Positions 22,725-48,853 of a DNA stretch of 64,000 nucleotides are shown here, one piece after another. The notes below the pieces were generated by a model. That model was given only the letters and a program-made list of their open reading frames with translations, did not search any database and was not told the DNA's origin. Positions within the stretch are counted from its first letter, which is position 1. Each line of letters begins with the position of its first letter. This DNA is from the human T2T-CHM13v2.0 reference genome, Homo sapiens, in the NCBI RefSeq assembly GCF_009914755.1, contig NC_060938.1. One strand, 5' to 3'. The position numbers and the translations under genes are program-made.

Positions 22725-23807
22725 TTAAAAAAAAAAAAAAGAAAAAGAAAGAAATTCTAGGGGCTAAAAACGAAAGGAAAGATGAACAAGATTTAGTCGC
22801 TGCCCTCAAAGAGTTTGCAATCTGGAAATAAGGCAAAGCATCAATAATACAACATGGAAAAAGTTTTGCAGGAAGTAGGTAGATAGGGCTGATCCCCAGA
22901 GGACTCAACGGGGAGCTGTGGAAGGCAGCCTCCAAGATGGCCCCAGGGATCCTTATCTTCTGTGTTGGTCCTTTCTCCCATACCACACCCTGTTTGCAAT
23001 TCCTGGGCCTCATCTGCTCCCTATTCCTGGTACCACTGCTCCTGACGCTTGAAAAATGCATACCTGGAGATCAAGGTCGGTGTCCACCCCCCACAGCGAT
23101 TGGGTCCAAGGAGAACACATGTCCCTCTATGGACCAATCAGAGTCTGCGAGGCAGAGCCCAGGACTTAGGCTGAAACTATGGGAAAGGAACATCATTTGC
23201 ACTTAGGAAAAAGCCGGAGCTGCTGGTGGCAAACTGCTTCCGTGGAGGGAGAGGCTGCCTAATGTGGAGGAAAGCAAAGCCCAGAGGTGGGCAGAGGGGC
23301 CTCCTCACGCATCGCTTCAGCACTGTGCTTCGTACACGGAAGTTTCTACTTAACGCCAGCCAGAGTTGGTAACTTGGCTTGGGTTCCCAGAAACCTTGAG
23401 GTAAAGGCCTGTTTGATCCTACTCTATAAGTGAGGGCCATCGCAGAGAGCACCGAGGAGAGACCATGGGAGAGAGGAGAGAAGGAACCATAGTGGCTATG
23501 AGGCTCCTCCTCTTGAAAGTCCATTGAGGATGAAAAGGGCCAGAATGTATCCACTTTCCCCATCTCCCATCAGTCAAAGGTTTGCTTCATGGCGCATTAA
23601 CTCCCCGCCACCCTCACCCCGGCAGGTTGCCGGCTAATTCCTTTGCAGGGACTGCTGGCAGCCCTGGAACTGACAGGCAGGAATTAAACAAGTAACTGCA
23701 AGGTGGTGAGGGTTTTGAAGAAATAGCACAGGGTGGCCAGAAGCACTGGCTCATGCCTGTAATCCCAGCACTTTGGGAGGCCAAGGGTGGCAGATCATTT
23801 AAGGTCA

Positions 23808-24200
<393 letters not shown>

Positions 24201-25945
24201 CTAAAGAGGTGGCAAGTCCAGATGCTAACCCAAAGGAAGAGTAGACATCAGCCAGGCCAAGGGGTGCAGACAGGGAAGAGCCATCGGGAAGTGAAAACCA
24301 CACATGGGAACCCTTGAGGCCAGAAAGAGCACGTGTGTTTGCGGAACTAAAAGAAGGCGGGCATTGCAGCAGCATTCAGAGCAAGGCAGATCACAGTGAG
24401 CATTTATAGAGCACCAAGTATATACACACGGACGTAGCCACTTATTGTTTGAGCTGCCCTGCCCCTTCTCCCTTTTTTTCTGGGAACTGTGCCTTCTTCC
24501 TTCCTGCCCGGGCACATGGTTACCATAGGAACAGCCCTCTGGCCGTTGAATGGACTAGAGGTGAACACCTCACTGAGGCGGAACAATCAGAGCCTAGGCC
24601 TGAGGAGACTGGGGAGGTCGGGGCCCAGACGGTGATTGAGGCTGTCAATGCAGGGCTGGGCAAGTTGCACGTTAACTCAGGATATGTTGGCAGCCAGGTT
24701 TTCAGTGGACCAGGAAGCAATGAAAGACACTTCTGCAGAGGTGTTAATGAGGCAGGCAGGGAGATGAGGAAATGTGAGAGAGCCTGGTACCCAGTCATCC
24801 TAGACGTGGCTGCATCCCTGCCCTGGAGCTGCTTGAAACAAAGCTCGCTTGTTGCTTAAACTGCATCCAGTGGGTTTCTGTCAGTTTCCTAACAAAACAA
24901 GTCCTAACTCATACCTTACCAAGTGCTAGGGCTTTATAGATGCATAAATACGGCAGGGTCTCTGCCCTGAAGAAGGTTATAAACCAATGGGAAGACAGAC
25001 ATGTACACTAAACATTAACTACAGGGTGATAAGTGCTATAATAAAAGTTTGTCCAAAGTAGGGAGGTTGTGCAGAGATAAGATAACAAATGTAAAAGGAT
25101 TTCGAAAAGAAAAATGTGTTATGTAAGTCCCCTAGAATTATGCTTATGCAATTCAATTGATTTCTACTTTCAATTTAATCGAGAACACAGCTACTTCACT
25201 TTCAGAATTACGCTGTTTTATAAGGTAGTGCTGGCCTGTAATCTGGCAATGGGTAAATTATCCAGGGTCTCATGCTTTTATTTCGTCATTTGTGTTTGGC
25301 GAGTGGATAGATAAATAACCTTGCAGTTTCCCAGAGAATCAGGAAACATTTGACAGTTTGCCCTTGCAGCCTGTGTTGCAATTTTCGTTTTTGTTTTTGT
25401 TTTTCCCTGAAACAGAGTCTCACGCTGTCGCCCAGGCTGGGGTGCAGTGGCACAATCTTGGCTCACTACAACCTCCGCCTCCTGGGTTCAAGCGATTCTC
25501 ATGTCTCAGCCTCCCAAATAGCTGGGATTACAAGCATGCACCATCATGCCTGGCTAATTTTTGTATTTTTAGTAGAGATGGGGTTTTGCCATGTTGGCCA
25601 GGCTGGTCTCGAACTCCTGTCCTCAAGTGATCTGCCTGCCTCAGCCTTTCGAAGTGGTGGGATTACAGGCGTGAGCCACCGCGCCTGGCCCCTGTGTTGC
25701 AATTTCCTGCCCTGCCTGCATCAACCTCTCCTTGACTCCATGAAATGAAACGTCTGCTGACGCACTAAAATAAAATCTTGCAAGTGAATCACTGATTGAG
25801 TTTGCTGATTGACATACATACCATTGCCATGTTAACCACATGATGGTAACATTATGTCTGGAGAGAAGGTGTGACCGTTTCCACCTATACAATCTTCAAA
25901 ATCATCCCATTCAAGGGTGCTTCCTAATGTTCGAATAATTTATGA

Positions 25946-26266
<321 letters not shown>

Positions 26267-26539
26267 TGATCCTCCCACCCCAGCCTCCCAAAGTGCTGTA
26301 ATTACAGGCATGAGCCACGGTGCTTGACCCTCCTGCCAAGTTTTTGATGGTGGAAATGACAACACAGGGTGTGCTTTGGTGTCAAGATGACCTAGGTTCA
26401 AATCCCAGTTGTACTGATGGCCAGCTGTGTGGTCTTGGGCAACTTAACCTACCAGAGCTTCAGTCTCCTCATCTGTTGAAGAAAAAAAAAAAAACACTTG
26501 ACAAAGGATGAGTGGTAGGTGGAGAAGATGATGGAATCA

Positions 26540-26818
<279 letters not shown>

Positions 26819-27546
26819 CTACTCTAGCCTGGGCAACAGAGCAAGACTCCGTCTCAAAAAAAAAATTGAGAAGATGAGTAAGCATAAAAAAGTTGTTAGT
26901 TTCTTCTCCTGTATCCTGGAGTCCCAGATTATATGGGAAAGGCTGGGAGGGCAGTACTTCCTTTCCAGCCGAGGTCATCTCCTAGGGATCAGAATCTGAT
27001 CGAGTCAATTACATTTCATGAGAATGGCAGGTTTCTGAAGACTTTATCATTTACAACTCAAAAACTCAGGAATAATTTCTCATAAGAATAACTCTACAGT
27101 TGGGGGCATGATCCTTAGAACACAAATTCTACTGCCATTGTAGTATTGTTTTGCTTTCGTTGAGCCTTTGCTCTCTGCATCACTGCTAGTATTTTGCAAA
27201 ATGCTCACACATAAATTACAACAAGTGCTCTCACAGGGATCGGAGCACTTCCTCGCAGCACTTTGTCTCAGCTAACCATTCTGCAGAAGTGATTACAACA
27301 CTGATGATGCGCTTGTTAGCTGGAGCATGTCCGGGACCACTCAATGAAGCTCCACATGCCTGAGTCCCAGCACACCTGGACGCTGCTGTTCCCAGTGGCT
27401 GACTTGGGATAGGATGTATATTTCTGTTTACCTGCTAGAGTGGTACCACCCCGTGGGACCATCATAAACAGTGTACAATTCAGAGTTCCACCAATTTTGA
27501 AATGAAGGGATTCTTTTTTTCTTCTTCTTTTTTTTTTTTTTTTTGA

Positions 27547-27777
<231 letters not shown>

Positions 27778-28247
27778 TAGGCCTCCCAAAGTGCTGGGAT
27801 TACAGGCATGAGTCACTGTGCCTAGCCAAGGAAAGGAAATTTATACCTCAAAAAAGAAGTGGAGTGCCACTGAGTTATGCTTTCTAGAAAAAAAAAAGTG
27901 AAGGCCGGGTGCAGTGGCTCACACCTGTAATCCCAGCACTTTGGGAGACCGAGGCAGGCGGATCACAATGTCGAGACCATCCTGGCCAACATGGTGAAAC
28001 CCCATCTCTACTAAAAATACAAAAATTAGCTGGGCGTGGTGGTGCTCACCTCTAGTCCCAGCTACTTGGGAGGCTGAGGCAGAAGAATCGCTTGAACCCA
28101 GAAGGCGGAGGCAGCAGTGAGTTGAGATTGTGCTACTGCAAAATTTGCTGGGATTACAGTCGTGAGCCACCATGCCCGGCCTCATTTTAGCCTTTTTAAA
28201 GAAGTTTGCAGCTCATGCTTCAAGGAGGAGCAGTGGAAAGGCAATCA

Positions 28248-28463
<216 letters not shown>

Positions 28464-28524
28464 TCACCTGAGGTCGGGAGTTCGAGACCAGCCTGACCAA
28501 CATGGTGAAACCCCGTCTCTCTTA

Positions 28525-28716
<192 letters not shown>

Positions 28717-29234
28717 TTAAAAATGTTTTTAAAAAAGGAGCCAGGTGTGGTGGTGCACACCTGTAGTTCCAGCTACCCAGGACACTAAGATGGGAGGAAC
28801 ACTTGAGCCCAGGAGTTCAAGGCTGCAGTAAGCCAAGATTGTGCCCCTGCACTCCAGCCTAGGCAACAGAGCGAGACTCCATCTCAAAAATAAATAAAAA
28901 CTTTTTTAAAAAAGAAAGGCAATCGTACATCTTATGGGGTTTGCTTCCAGAAGGAGCCCCACTCTGGCCAGGTTTGCCCCAGGCTTCCTAAAGGAGGCCC
29001 ACTTCCTCACATATAAATGAGGGGCCTACACTTGTCCTTGGAAACTCACCCCCAATTTCTTTCATCAACTAGGGTCTTCCCAAGCTGCTTCTGCAGCTCA
29101 GCAGTGGGTACTTCCAAGGCCCGTGCACATGGCCCCTGAGCAATCTCTCTTTTCATCCTAATTCCCCTCCCCAGGTAACTCAGGGTGGTGCTTTTTCAAG
29201 TGGGATCAGCAGCCATATTCCTGGGGATTTATAA

Positions 29235-29489
<255 letters not shown>

Positions 29490-29638
29490 TAATTTTGGTA
29501 TTTTTAGTAGAGACGGGGTTTCACCATGTTAGCCAGGCTGATCTCAAACTCCTCACTTCAAGTTCGAGCCTCCCAAAGTGCCTCAGCCTCCCAAAGTGCT
29601 GGGATTACAGGCATGAGCCACTGCACCCAGCCTGCAGG

Positions 29639-29695
29639 ATTTTATTTTATTTTATTTTATTTTATTTTATTTTATTTTATTTTATTTTATTTTAT
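29639..29695. repeat. (ATTTT)n pentanucleotide repeat
   Basis: About 11 units, directly visible. Confidence 0.95.
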
Positions 29696-30456
29696 CCTTC
29701 CCATGAGTGCTCAGGATTTTAAAACCTGCTTTTCCATTTGGGTTAAGATCCTGTTCGCGGCACATGAGTCAGTGTGCAGTATCACTAAAGGCAAACATTT
29801 CACCAGAGTTCAAATGCAAAAAAATGGCAAGAGAGTTGTGTGGTCCTGTGAGATGAATTTTGCAACTTCCACCTTCTTCCCATCCAAACTACAATCTGCA
29901 TTAGCAGTCAGTGTGTTAGTAAATAAACAGTAAAGAAATTTCATTTAATATTTTCTGTATTATATTTTGGGAGTATATGATTAAATTGATTGGCTCATTA
30001 AAATAACGGATAGGTGGTTGAAAGAGTTTATTGTTCACATCCAGAAAAAAAATCAATAGTGATTATGTCAGTGACTCAAATAAAGATCCATTATCGAAAA
30101 AAAAACAAAAAACTGAGAAAAATCAAGTTGAAAATACATCTTTCTTCCATTAAACCACACATCAGTGATTCGCTTCGATTCCATTTCAGTAAAACATCAT
30201 CCATCCATCAGGTTGATTTAATGTTGTTAACTTTAGTTCATGAGTTTTTGTTTGTATTTTTAAGTTTATTCTAGTTTAAAAAGCTGAGGCAGAATGGGAG
30301 CTTTTTTTTTTTTTTTTTTTTTGAGACAGAGTCTCACTTTGTCGCCCAGGCTGGAGTACAGTGATGTGATCTCAGTTCACTGCAACCTCTGCCTCCCAGG
30401 TGCCTCAGCCTTGCGAGTAGCTGGGGCTACATGTGCACACTACCACATCTGGCTAA

Positions 30457-30753
<297 letters not shown>

Positions 30754-31587
30754 TAGCATGTGAAGAATTAGTCCCTCCAGCCCTAGGGGAAGGGAAACCA
30801 GTTTCCAATGGGCAATGACTTAGCAGTCAGTTTTATTGGGCCATCAGGATCTCCCAGGAAAGAAAGGAGAGTCAGGCCTTTGTGTGAAGCGAGGAAGAGG
30901 GGAAGAGGGAGGGACTTTGAGAGGCACTGTTGAGAGCCACATCAGCTTCCAGAGACCCTGGGAGCAGCTCCTGTTGGTCTGCACACAGGATGGAGTCAGG
31001 TTTTCACCAGGGACTGCCTAGCTGGGGTAACAGCCAGCCACGCCACAAGACTGTCCTGTCCCATCTGGCTCCAAAGTGTGGACTCTTCTTTGAAATACTC
31101 CAGGACCCCTGAGAGCCCCGAGGCTATGTCTGGTTAGCCAGTGGTGGGGACAGGAGGAGGCCCCTTGCACTCCCGCAAGCTGGGATGATATGCTCAATCT
31201 GGAGGCCCCCAGTCTGGGACAGTGACTGGGGAGGACCCCGTCAGGAAAACCATGAGTAGTGTGTGATGGAGCAGGGTGTGAGGTGCTAAGGGAATCTGGA
31301 GGCCGGGACTGTCTGCTGTTGCTAAGAAAGCGAGGACAGGGGTGTGAGCATCAGGGAGGCTGCCCCTTCTCTATTCCTCCTGCCAGTCTCTTTCTCTAGA
31401 TGGGCTGACCACGCCAGAAAGCCAGCAGGCCAAGTAGTCTGGAATGCGGTTTTCAGAGTCCCAGCCCCAGAGCAAGTGGACAGGTGAACTTGGGGATGAC
31501 AGACACTAGGTCAGTGACCACCTGGCTACTCCAATTCTGGCTGATTGAAGCTGAAAAGCAATGTACCAAAGGCTACTGGGCATCTCA

Positions 31588-31809
<222 letters not shown>

Positions 31810-31867
31810 TCACTTAAGGTCAGGAGTTGGAGACCAGCCTGGCCAACATGGTGAAACCCCGTCTCTA

Positions 31868-32206
<339 letters not shown>

Positions 32207-32269
32207 TCACGCCTGTAATCCCAGCACTTTGGGAGGCCAAGGAGGGTGGATCATGAGGTCAGAAGTTCA

Positions 32270-34143
<1,874 letters not shown>

Positions 34144-34397
34144 TCAGAAATTAGATGGCTGGGCACACTGGCTCTTGCCTGTAATCCCAACACTATGGGA
34201 GGCCAAGATGGGAGGATTGCTTGAGGCTAGGAGTTCAAGGCCAGCCTGGGCAACATAACAAGAACCCCCACCCCACCCCCCACCGCCTACCGCCCCAGCA
34301 CCACCTGTTTCTACAAAAATAAGATAAATTGGGTGGGAACCACAGCCCAGATCCAGACCAGTAAGGACACCACTGCCATCTAGCTGTTGCTGCCATG

Positions 34398-34868
34398 GTG
34401 TGGTGGATTCTATTATTATTTTCCAGAAAGGATTCCTTCTCTCTCCCCATTTTGTGTTTCCCTGTGGGCAGAGTATATTGCCCTGCCCCCACTGACTTTG
34501 GGTTGGCTGTGTGACTTGCACATACTGATGGGGGATGGGCAAAGTGACCTTGTACCTGTTCTGAGCAGAGAGCTCGGGAGACATCCTGGGTTCCTGCCCC
34601 TGCTCTTGCACTCCTGCCGTCTTGGATGAGAAGGGCATACCCCAGGTAGCTGGCTGCTCCTTCAGCCTGGGGTCTGCAATAAGACACGTGGATCACACCT
34701 GAACCCAATCTACAGTCTGGAGCCCTGCCCATCAGATTCCAGCAGAAGCCACCAATCAGCCGACCACCCACAACTGATGCCCAGAACTGTGAGAAACGCA
34801 TGCTTGTTGTTGGAAGCCCCTGAGATTTGGGGGTGTTTGTTATCACAACAAAAGCTGACAGAAAATAC
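34398..34868 (+). mobile_element. Old MaLR LTR (MLT1J/K-like)
   Basis: MLT1 motifs: TGTGTGACTTGC, CCAGAACTGTGAGAAA..TGCTTGTTGTT..TTTGGGGGTGTTTGTTATCAC..ATACA. Confidence 0.6.
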
Positions 34869-34945
34869 AAAAAATACATGTGACCAGCTTTAAGAATCTC
34901 TCCAGGCCAGGTGTGGTGTCTCATGCCTGTAATCCCAGCACTTTA

Positions 34946-36035
<1,090 letters not shown>

Positions 36036-36204
36036 GTGGGCAGATCCTCAAGTATAGGAAGGAGGTGACAAGGGAAGTCATCCCTTGACCCCCATAGAAA
36101 AAGATATGTTGGCCGGGCACAGTGGCTCACCCCTATAATCCCAACACTTTGGGAGGCCGAAGCGGGCAGATCACGAGGTCAGGAGATTGAGACCATCCTG
36201 GCTA

Positions 36205-36432
<228 letters not shown>

Positions 36433-36736
36433 TCAGTAATATTCTGAAACAGTAATTCAAGGGAAGGACTCTTGGATGTTTCTTCTTTTAAAGCAGTCTG
36501 TTTCTTCCTTTAAAGCAGGTGGTGGCATGCCCCTCTAATCCCAGCACTCTGGGAGGCTGAGGCAGGAGGATCACTTGAGCCCAGGAGTTTAAGGCTGCAG
36601 GGAGCGATGATCACACCACTGCACTCTAGCCTGGATGACAGGGAGACCCTGTCTCTAAAAAAATTAAAAATTGGGCCACGTGTGGTGGCTCACGCCTGTA
36701 ATGCCAGCACTCTGGGAGGCCAAGGTGGGCGGATCA

Positions 36737-37095
<359 letters not shown>

Positions 37096-37672
37096 TCAAA
37101 ATACAAAAAAAAATTAGCTTGGTGTGGTGGTGCATGCTTGTAGTCCCAGCTACTTGGCAGTCTGAGGCATGAGAATTGCTTGAACCTGGGGCAGAGGTTG
37201 CAGTGAGCCAAGATTGCACCACTGCACTCCAGCCTGGGTGACAGAGCAAGACTCCATCTCAATAAAAAATTAAAAAAGTAATAAAAATAAAAATAAAAAT
37301 TTGATGCTGTCTGTACATGAACTTGAGGAAATGTAGGCACAGCATCCCCTGGGCACGATAGCCTCTGTGGAAGGAATTTGGTATTTGGGGTCTCTGCCTT
37401 TTCCTAGATCCCACCTGATCCAAAGGTAATTTTACCTGGATATGGAGTTCAAGACCTTCGGGTGAAAAACAGGTGCCTTCTGAAAAAGTTTGAATTTCAG
37501 AGTACAGGGGCTGCTCTGGGGACAGAATGCCTAGGGCTGGAGTTTGACATCCGAGCAAGACCTAAGCTAATTCATTAGCCCCAAGTCACATCACAAGTCT
37601 TAATGTAATGAAACAGTGCACTCTATTGGACTATCTCAAAACGATTTTGGAACAATGTGGGAAATAGAAATA

Positions 37673-39930
<2,258 letters not shown>

Positions 39931-41442
39931 TCGTATGTTTCTTATGTGTCTTTTTAAAATTGAAATTCAACCAGGCAATGGCATGGAGACAAGGCAAGGG
40001 ACTGCTTTAATTAAGACACTTGGGAGGCATAGCAACCAAGTATCACGCATGGCTCTTGTTTTGAATCCAGATTCCCATAAATCAACTGTAAGAAGATACT
40101 TTTTTACCTTGGTGAGTAGATATTCTTGACGTAATTGGGGAAATTTTAATATGAACTGGATGTTAGATGATACTAAGTCATTACTGGCAATTTTGTCAGG
40201 TGTGCTATAGGTATTATAAGAAAAGGTCTATATTTTAAGAAGTACATGCTGAAACATGTAGGGGCAAAATGCCATCGTGTTTGGGATATGCTTTACAAAT
40301 ATTAGGAGCTAGGCATGGTGGTTCACACCTGTAATCCCAGCACTTTGGGAGGCCGAGGCGGGCAGATGCCTGAGGTCAGGAGTTCGAGACCAGCCTGGCC
40401 AACGTGGTGAAACCCTGTCTCTACTAAAAATACAAAAAAATTAACCGGGCTTGGTGGTGCGCACCTGTAGTGCCAGCTACTCAAGAGTCTGAGGCAGGAG
40501 AATCGGTTGAACCCAGGAGGCGGAGGTTGTAGAAAGCTGAGATTGCACCACTGTACTCCAGCCTGGGCGATAGAGTAAGATTCTGTCTCAAAAATATATA
40601 ATGGTAGACCCAAATTTTAACCATTGCTTTTGGGTAAGAGGTGTGATTTCTCTTTTGAAATTTTATTTATTTTCATTATTTTTTATAAAGACTGGGTCTC
40701 ACTATGTTGCCCAGGCTGGTCTCAGACTCTTGGGCACCAAGATTGGGAGATTACTTGAGGAGCTGGAAGACCCTCTCCCTCCCTCCTTCCTTCCTTCTTC
40801 CTTCCTTGTGTTTTTTTTTTTTTTTTTTTTTTTTGAGACGGGGTATTGCTTAGTCACCCAGGCACTGGGATGTGGTGGTGTGATCATAGCTCACTGTAGC
40901 CTTGAACTCTTGGGCTCAAGTGATCCTCCCACTACAGCCTCCCAAGTAGCTAGAACTACAGGCCTGCGCCACCTCCCCTAATTTTTATTTTTGTATAGAT
41001 GAGCTCTCCCTGTGTTGGACAGGCTGGTCTCGAACTCCTGGCCTCAAGCAATTCTCATCCTCCACCCTGCCTCGGCCTCCCAAAGGGTTGGGATTATAGG
41101 CGTGAACCACCATGCCCGGCCCAAAGACCTTGGCCTCCCACCTTGGCCTCTCAAAGTGCTGGGATTACAGGCATGAGCCACCACACCTGACCAAGAGATG
41201 TGATTTCTAGCAGCCTATTTGTCCTTGGTATGAGAATATTTCGAAAACAAGCACATAATATTTTAACAAATGGAAGGATAAAGCTAGTCACAAAAATATT
41301 TAAAGCCTGTAGAGAAACATTTGGTTAAACACTGTATATTGAATGCACATGTTATCTCTGTTTCCACCTGAAACTCATCCAAAATGACAGTCAAGGATGA
41401 AAACAAATATAAACCTACAAGAACAAGAAGTGGGTGCGTTGA

Positions 41443-41784
<342 letters not shown>

Positions 41785-41951
41785 TAGCTGAGATTACAGG
41801 CATGCGCCACCACACCTGGGTTATTTCATATTTTTAGTAGAGACACGGTTTCTCCTGTGGGTGAGGCTGGTCTTGAACTCCCGACCTCGGGTGATCCGCC
41901 TCCCGAGTCGGATTACAGGTGTAATCCCGAGTGCTGGGATTACAGGTGTGA

Positions 41952-42218
<267 letters not shown>

Positions 42219-42492
42219 TAGGACACAGCCACACACCATGGTCTGAAAGCAGGAGTAACAACAGGTTGAAGAATGGCCCCCAAAGATAACAGGGCCTAAT
42301 CTCTGGACACTGTGAACGCTACTGTGATTGGAAAAAGTGTCTTTGGGCCGGGCACGCTGGTTCACACCTATAATCCCAACCCTTTGGGAGGCTGAGGTAG
42401 GGTGGAGGATGAGAATTGCTTGAGGCCAGGAGTTCGAGACCAGCCTGTCCAACACAGGGAGAGCTCATCTATACAAAAATAAAAATTAGTCA

Positions 42493-42884
<392 letters not shown>

Positions 42885-43246
42885 TCACGCCTGTAATCCC
42901 AGCAATTTGGGAAGCCGAGGCGGGCAAATCACGAGGTCAGGAGATCGAGACCATCTGGGCAACACGGTGAAACCCCGTCTCTACTAAAAATACAAAAAAT
43001 TAGCCGGGCATGCTGGCAGACGCCTGTAGTACCAGCTACTTTCGAGGTTGAGGAAGGAGAATGGTGTGAACCCAGGAGGTGGAGCTTGCAGTGAGCGGAG
43101 CTTGCGCCACTGTACTCCAGCCTGGGCGACAGGGCAACACTCCATCTCAAAAAAAAGAAAAAAGAAAGAAAGAAAGAAAGAAAAAGGTCCCAGAAGAAGG
43201 TGTAGGGGTGAAAGAAAAAAAAAAAGCTGAGTGCAATGCCTCATGT

Positions 43247-45175
<1,929 letters not shown>

Positions 45176-45843
45176 TAGCCAGGATGGTCTCGATCTCCTG
45201 ACCTCATGATCCACCCGCCTCGGCCTCCCAAAGTGCTGGGATTACAGGCGTGAGCCACCGCGCCCGGCCAATTTTTTGTATTTTCAGTAGAGACGGGGTT
45301 TCACCGTGCTAGCCAGGATGGTCTCGATCTGCTAACCTTGTGATCCGCCCATCTCGGCCTCCCAAAATCCTGGGATTACAGGCATGAGCCACCGTACCTG
45401 GCCAACCACAGATATTTTTAAGTGAAGGATTTTTTTATTTTTATTTTTTGCTTTGTCACCCAGGCTGAAGTGCAAGTGGCATGATCACAGCTCACTGCAG
45501 CCTTGACCTCCCAGACTCAAGCTCACAATTTATCTCTTGTGGTTTCTTTTATTTCATTTATTCAAGAATCTGTAAACATTACACAAATAGGAAGTATTCA
45601 TTGGAGAAAAGCCAAAACTTCATTTTAAAAAAGGTTAAAATTGCTCATAATTCTGCTACCCACAGATAACTGCTGTTAACATTTTGGCATATGCCTCTCC
45701 AAGACTTTTTTTGTTAACAAATAATTTATATGTATTTGCCAATATAAAAATGAGATTGTTCCATAAATACTGTTGTACTCTGCTTTTTTCTTTTTTTCTT
45801 TTCTTTTTTTCTTTCTTTCTTTCTTTTTTTTTTTTTTTTTTGA

Positions 45844-46134
<291 letters not shown>

Positions 46135-46178
46135 TAGGTTGTGAACCTATTTGTATGCAAAAAAAAAAAAAATCCTTC

Positions 46179-46259
46179 TATTAGGTTGAAACATGAAATT
46201 ACCCAAATTCAAATAGTTTTGACCTACGAAAACAGCAACTGCAATACTTACAACTCAAT
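46179..46259. mobile_element. MADE2-like mariner MITE
   Basis: ~80-bp element TATTAGGTTGAA..ATGAAATT..TTTTGACCTAC..CAACTCAAT with degenerate TIRs. Confidence 0.6.
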
Positions 46260-47147
46260 GCAAGTTTTTTGTTTTTTAATATAGATAGGATCTTGCTATA
46301 TTGACCAGGCTGGAGTGCAGTGCCTTGATCGCAGTAACCTTGACCTCCTAGGCTAAAGTGATCCTTCTGTCTCAGCTTCCCAAATAGCAGGGACCACAGG
46401 TGCACACCACCACGCCTGGCTAATTTTTTTTTTCATGGAGACAGGGGTCTCACTATGTTGCCCAGGCTAGTCTCCAACTCTTGGGCTCAAGCAATCCTTC
46501 CACTCCAGCTTCCCAAACTGCTGGATTACAGGTATAAGCCACCATGCCCAGCCCTCAGTACAAAATTTGTAATGGCTACTGAGTTTATAGTCCTTTGGAC
46601 ATTGCATAATTTACTTAATCTATCAGTTATGATTGGACATTTATATGGTTTCTGATTTTTTCACAATTATAAAAAATATTGCAATGAAAAACATTTTAGC
46701 CCATTCTTTGTAGACATCCTTATTTAGTTTCTTGGGATACATTTCTATAGAATATGTTAGATGAAAGGAATGCACACTTTAATAGCTTTTGTTGCTGGGT
46801 GTGGTGGCTCACACTTGTAAGCCTGAGGGAGGCTGAGGCAGGAGGATTGCTTTGAGCCCAGGAGTTCCAGACAAGCCTGGGCAACATGGCAAGACTCCAT
46901 CGCTATAGAAATAAAAATAAAATAAAATGGCCTAGTGTGATGGCATGCACCTGTAGTCCCAGCTACTCAGGCACCTGAGGTGGGAGGATCGCTTGAGCCT
47001 GGGAGGTCAATGTTGCAGTGAGCTGTGATCGTGCCACTGTACACCAGCCTGTGCAAAAGAGTGAGACAAAAGTAAAAAAATAAAAGCTTTTGTTAAATAT
47101 TTAGGGTACAGTTGCTTAGAAACCAGAAGCTGGTTGGTACAAGGTAA

Positions 47148-47366
<219 letters not shown>

Positions 47367-47369
47367 TGA

Positions 47370-47519
<150 letters not shown>

Positions 47520-47875
47520 TAAAGTACACTCAGAAGGGAGGGAAGTGAGATCAGGAGGGAATCGGGGAAGCCGAGAAGCAGCTGGACATTTACAGCTTGG
47601 AATAGGGAAGATTTAGGAGACACTTATGCTTGTACGCTAAAAAAGTGAACATATGCTGGCTGTTCACTAGTGAACCTCAAATGGCCTCTAGCACCCTTTA
47701 GAATGGACACAGGGCAATTCTGTGCTTACTACTCGGATACATGAAGGAATGGATGGAGGATTTTTTTCTCTTTTAATCTAGTTCTAATAGAGGAATTTTG
47801 TCATTTGTAGGTAAAATATAAAGTTAGAAGTAACAAAAATATAGGCTTTTTCTCTGCATAGGTAAAACTAACAGC

Positions 47876-48350
47876 TGTCAGCAGCAGCCTCTAAGACAGC
47901 CGCAGTGATTCCCTCCTCCTGGAATCCACACCCATGTTTCTCTCCTCCCCTTGAGCATGGGCTGGATTACCGACTTGCTTCTAATGAATAGAATATGACA
48001 CAGCAATGGGATGTCACTTTTGAGATAAGATGGTTAAAAGACGGTGGCTTCCGTGTGGGTGTTCTCTCTCACTCTCTCCTGGATCACTTGTTTCCAGGGG
48101 AAATCAGCCCTGTGTCATGAGGCAGCCCCGGTGGACAGGCCCACGTGGGTGAGTGTGAAAGATGATCATGTAAGACACAGCCGCAGCCCCGGCTGGCTGC
48201 TCTGCTGCAGTCTCTGAGAGTGAGAACCACCCAGGTAAGCTGCTGCCAGATTCCTGATCCACGGAAACTGTGAGATAACAGCTATTAAACCATTGCTGCT
48301 TTCAGACACTAAGTTCCGGGTTAGTTGATGATGCAGCAGTGGTGAACAGA
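47876..48350 (+). mobile_element. MaLR LTR (MLT1F-like)
   Basis: CAGCCTCTAAGA..GACTTGCTTCTAATGAATAGAAT..GGGATGTCACTT..AGATTCCTGA..GAAACTGTGAGATAA. Confidence 0.65.
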
Positions 48351-48418
48351 GACAAGAGCTATCTCTGAGTATTCACTGTGCAGTGGCTGACAGCACTTTA
48401 CAGGTACAGGTTTACTAG

Positions 48419-48853
<435 letters not shown>

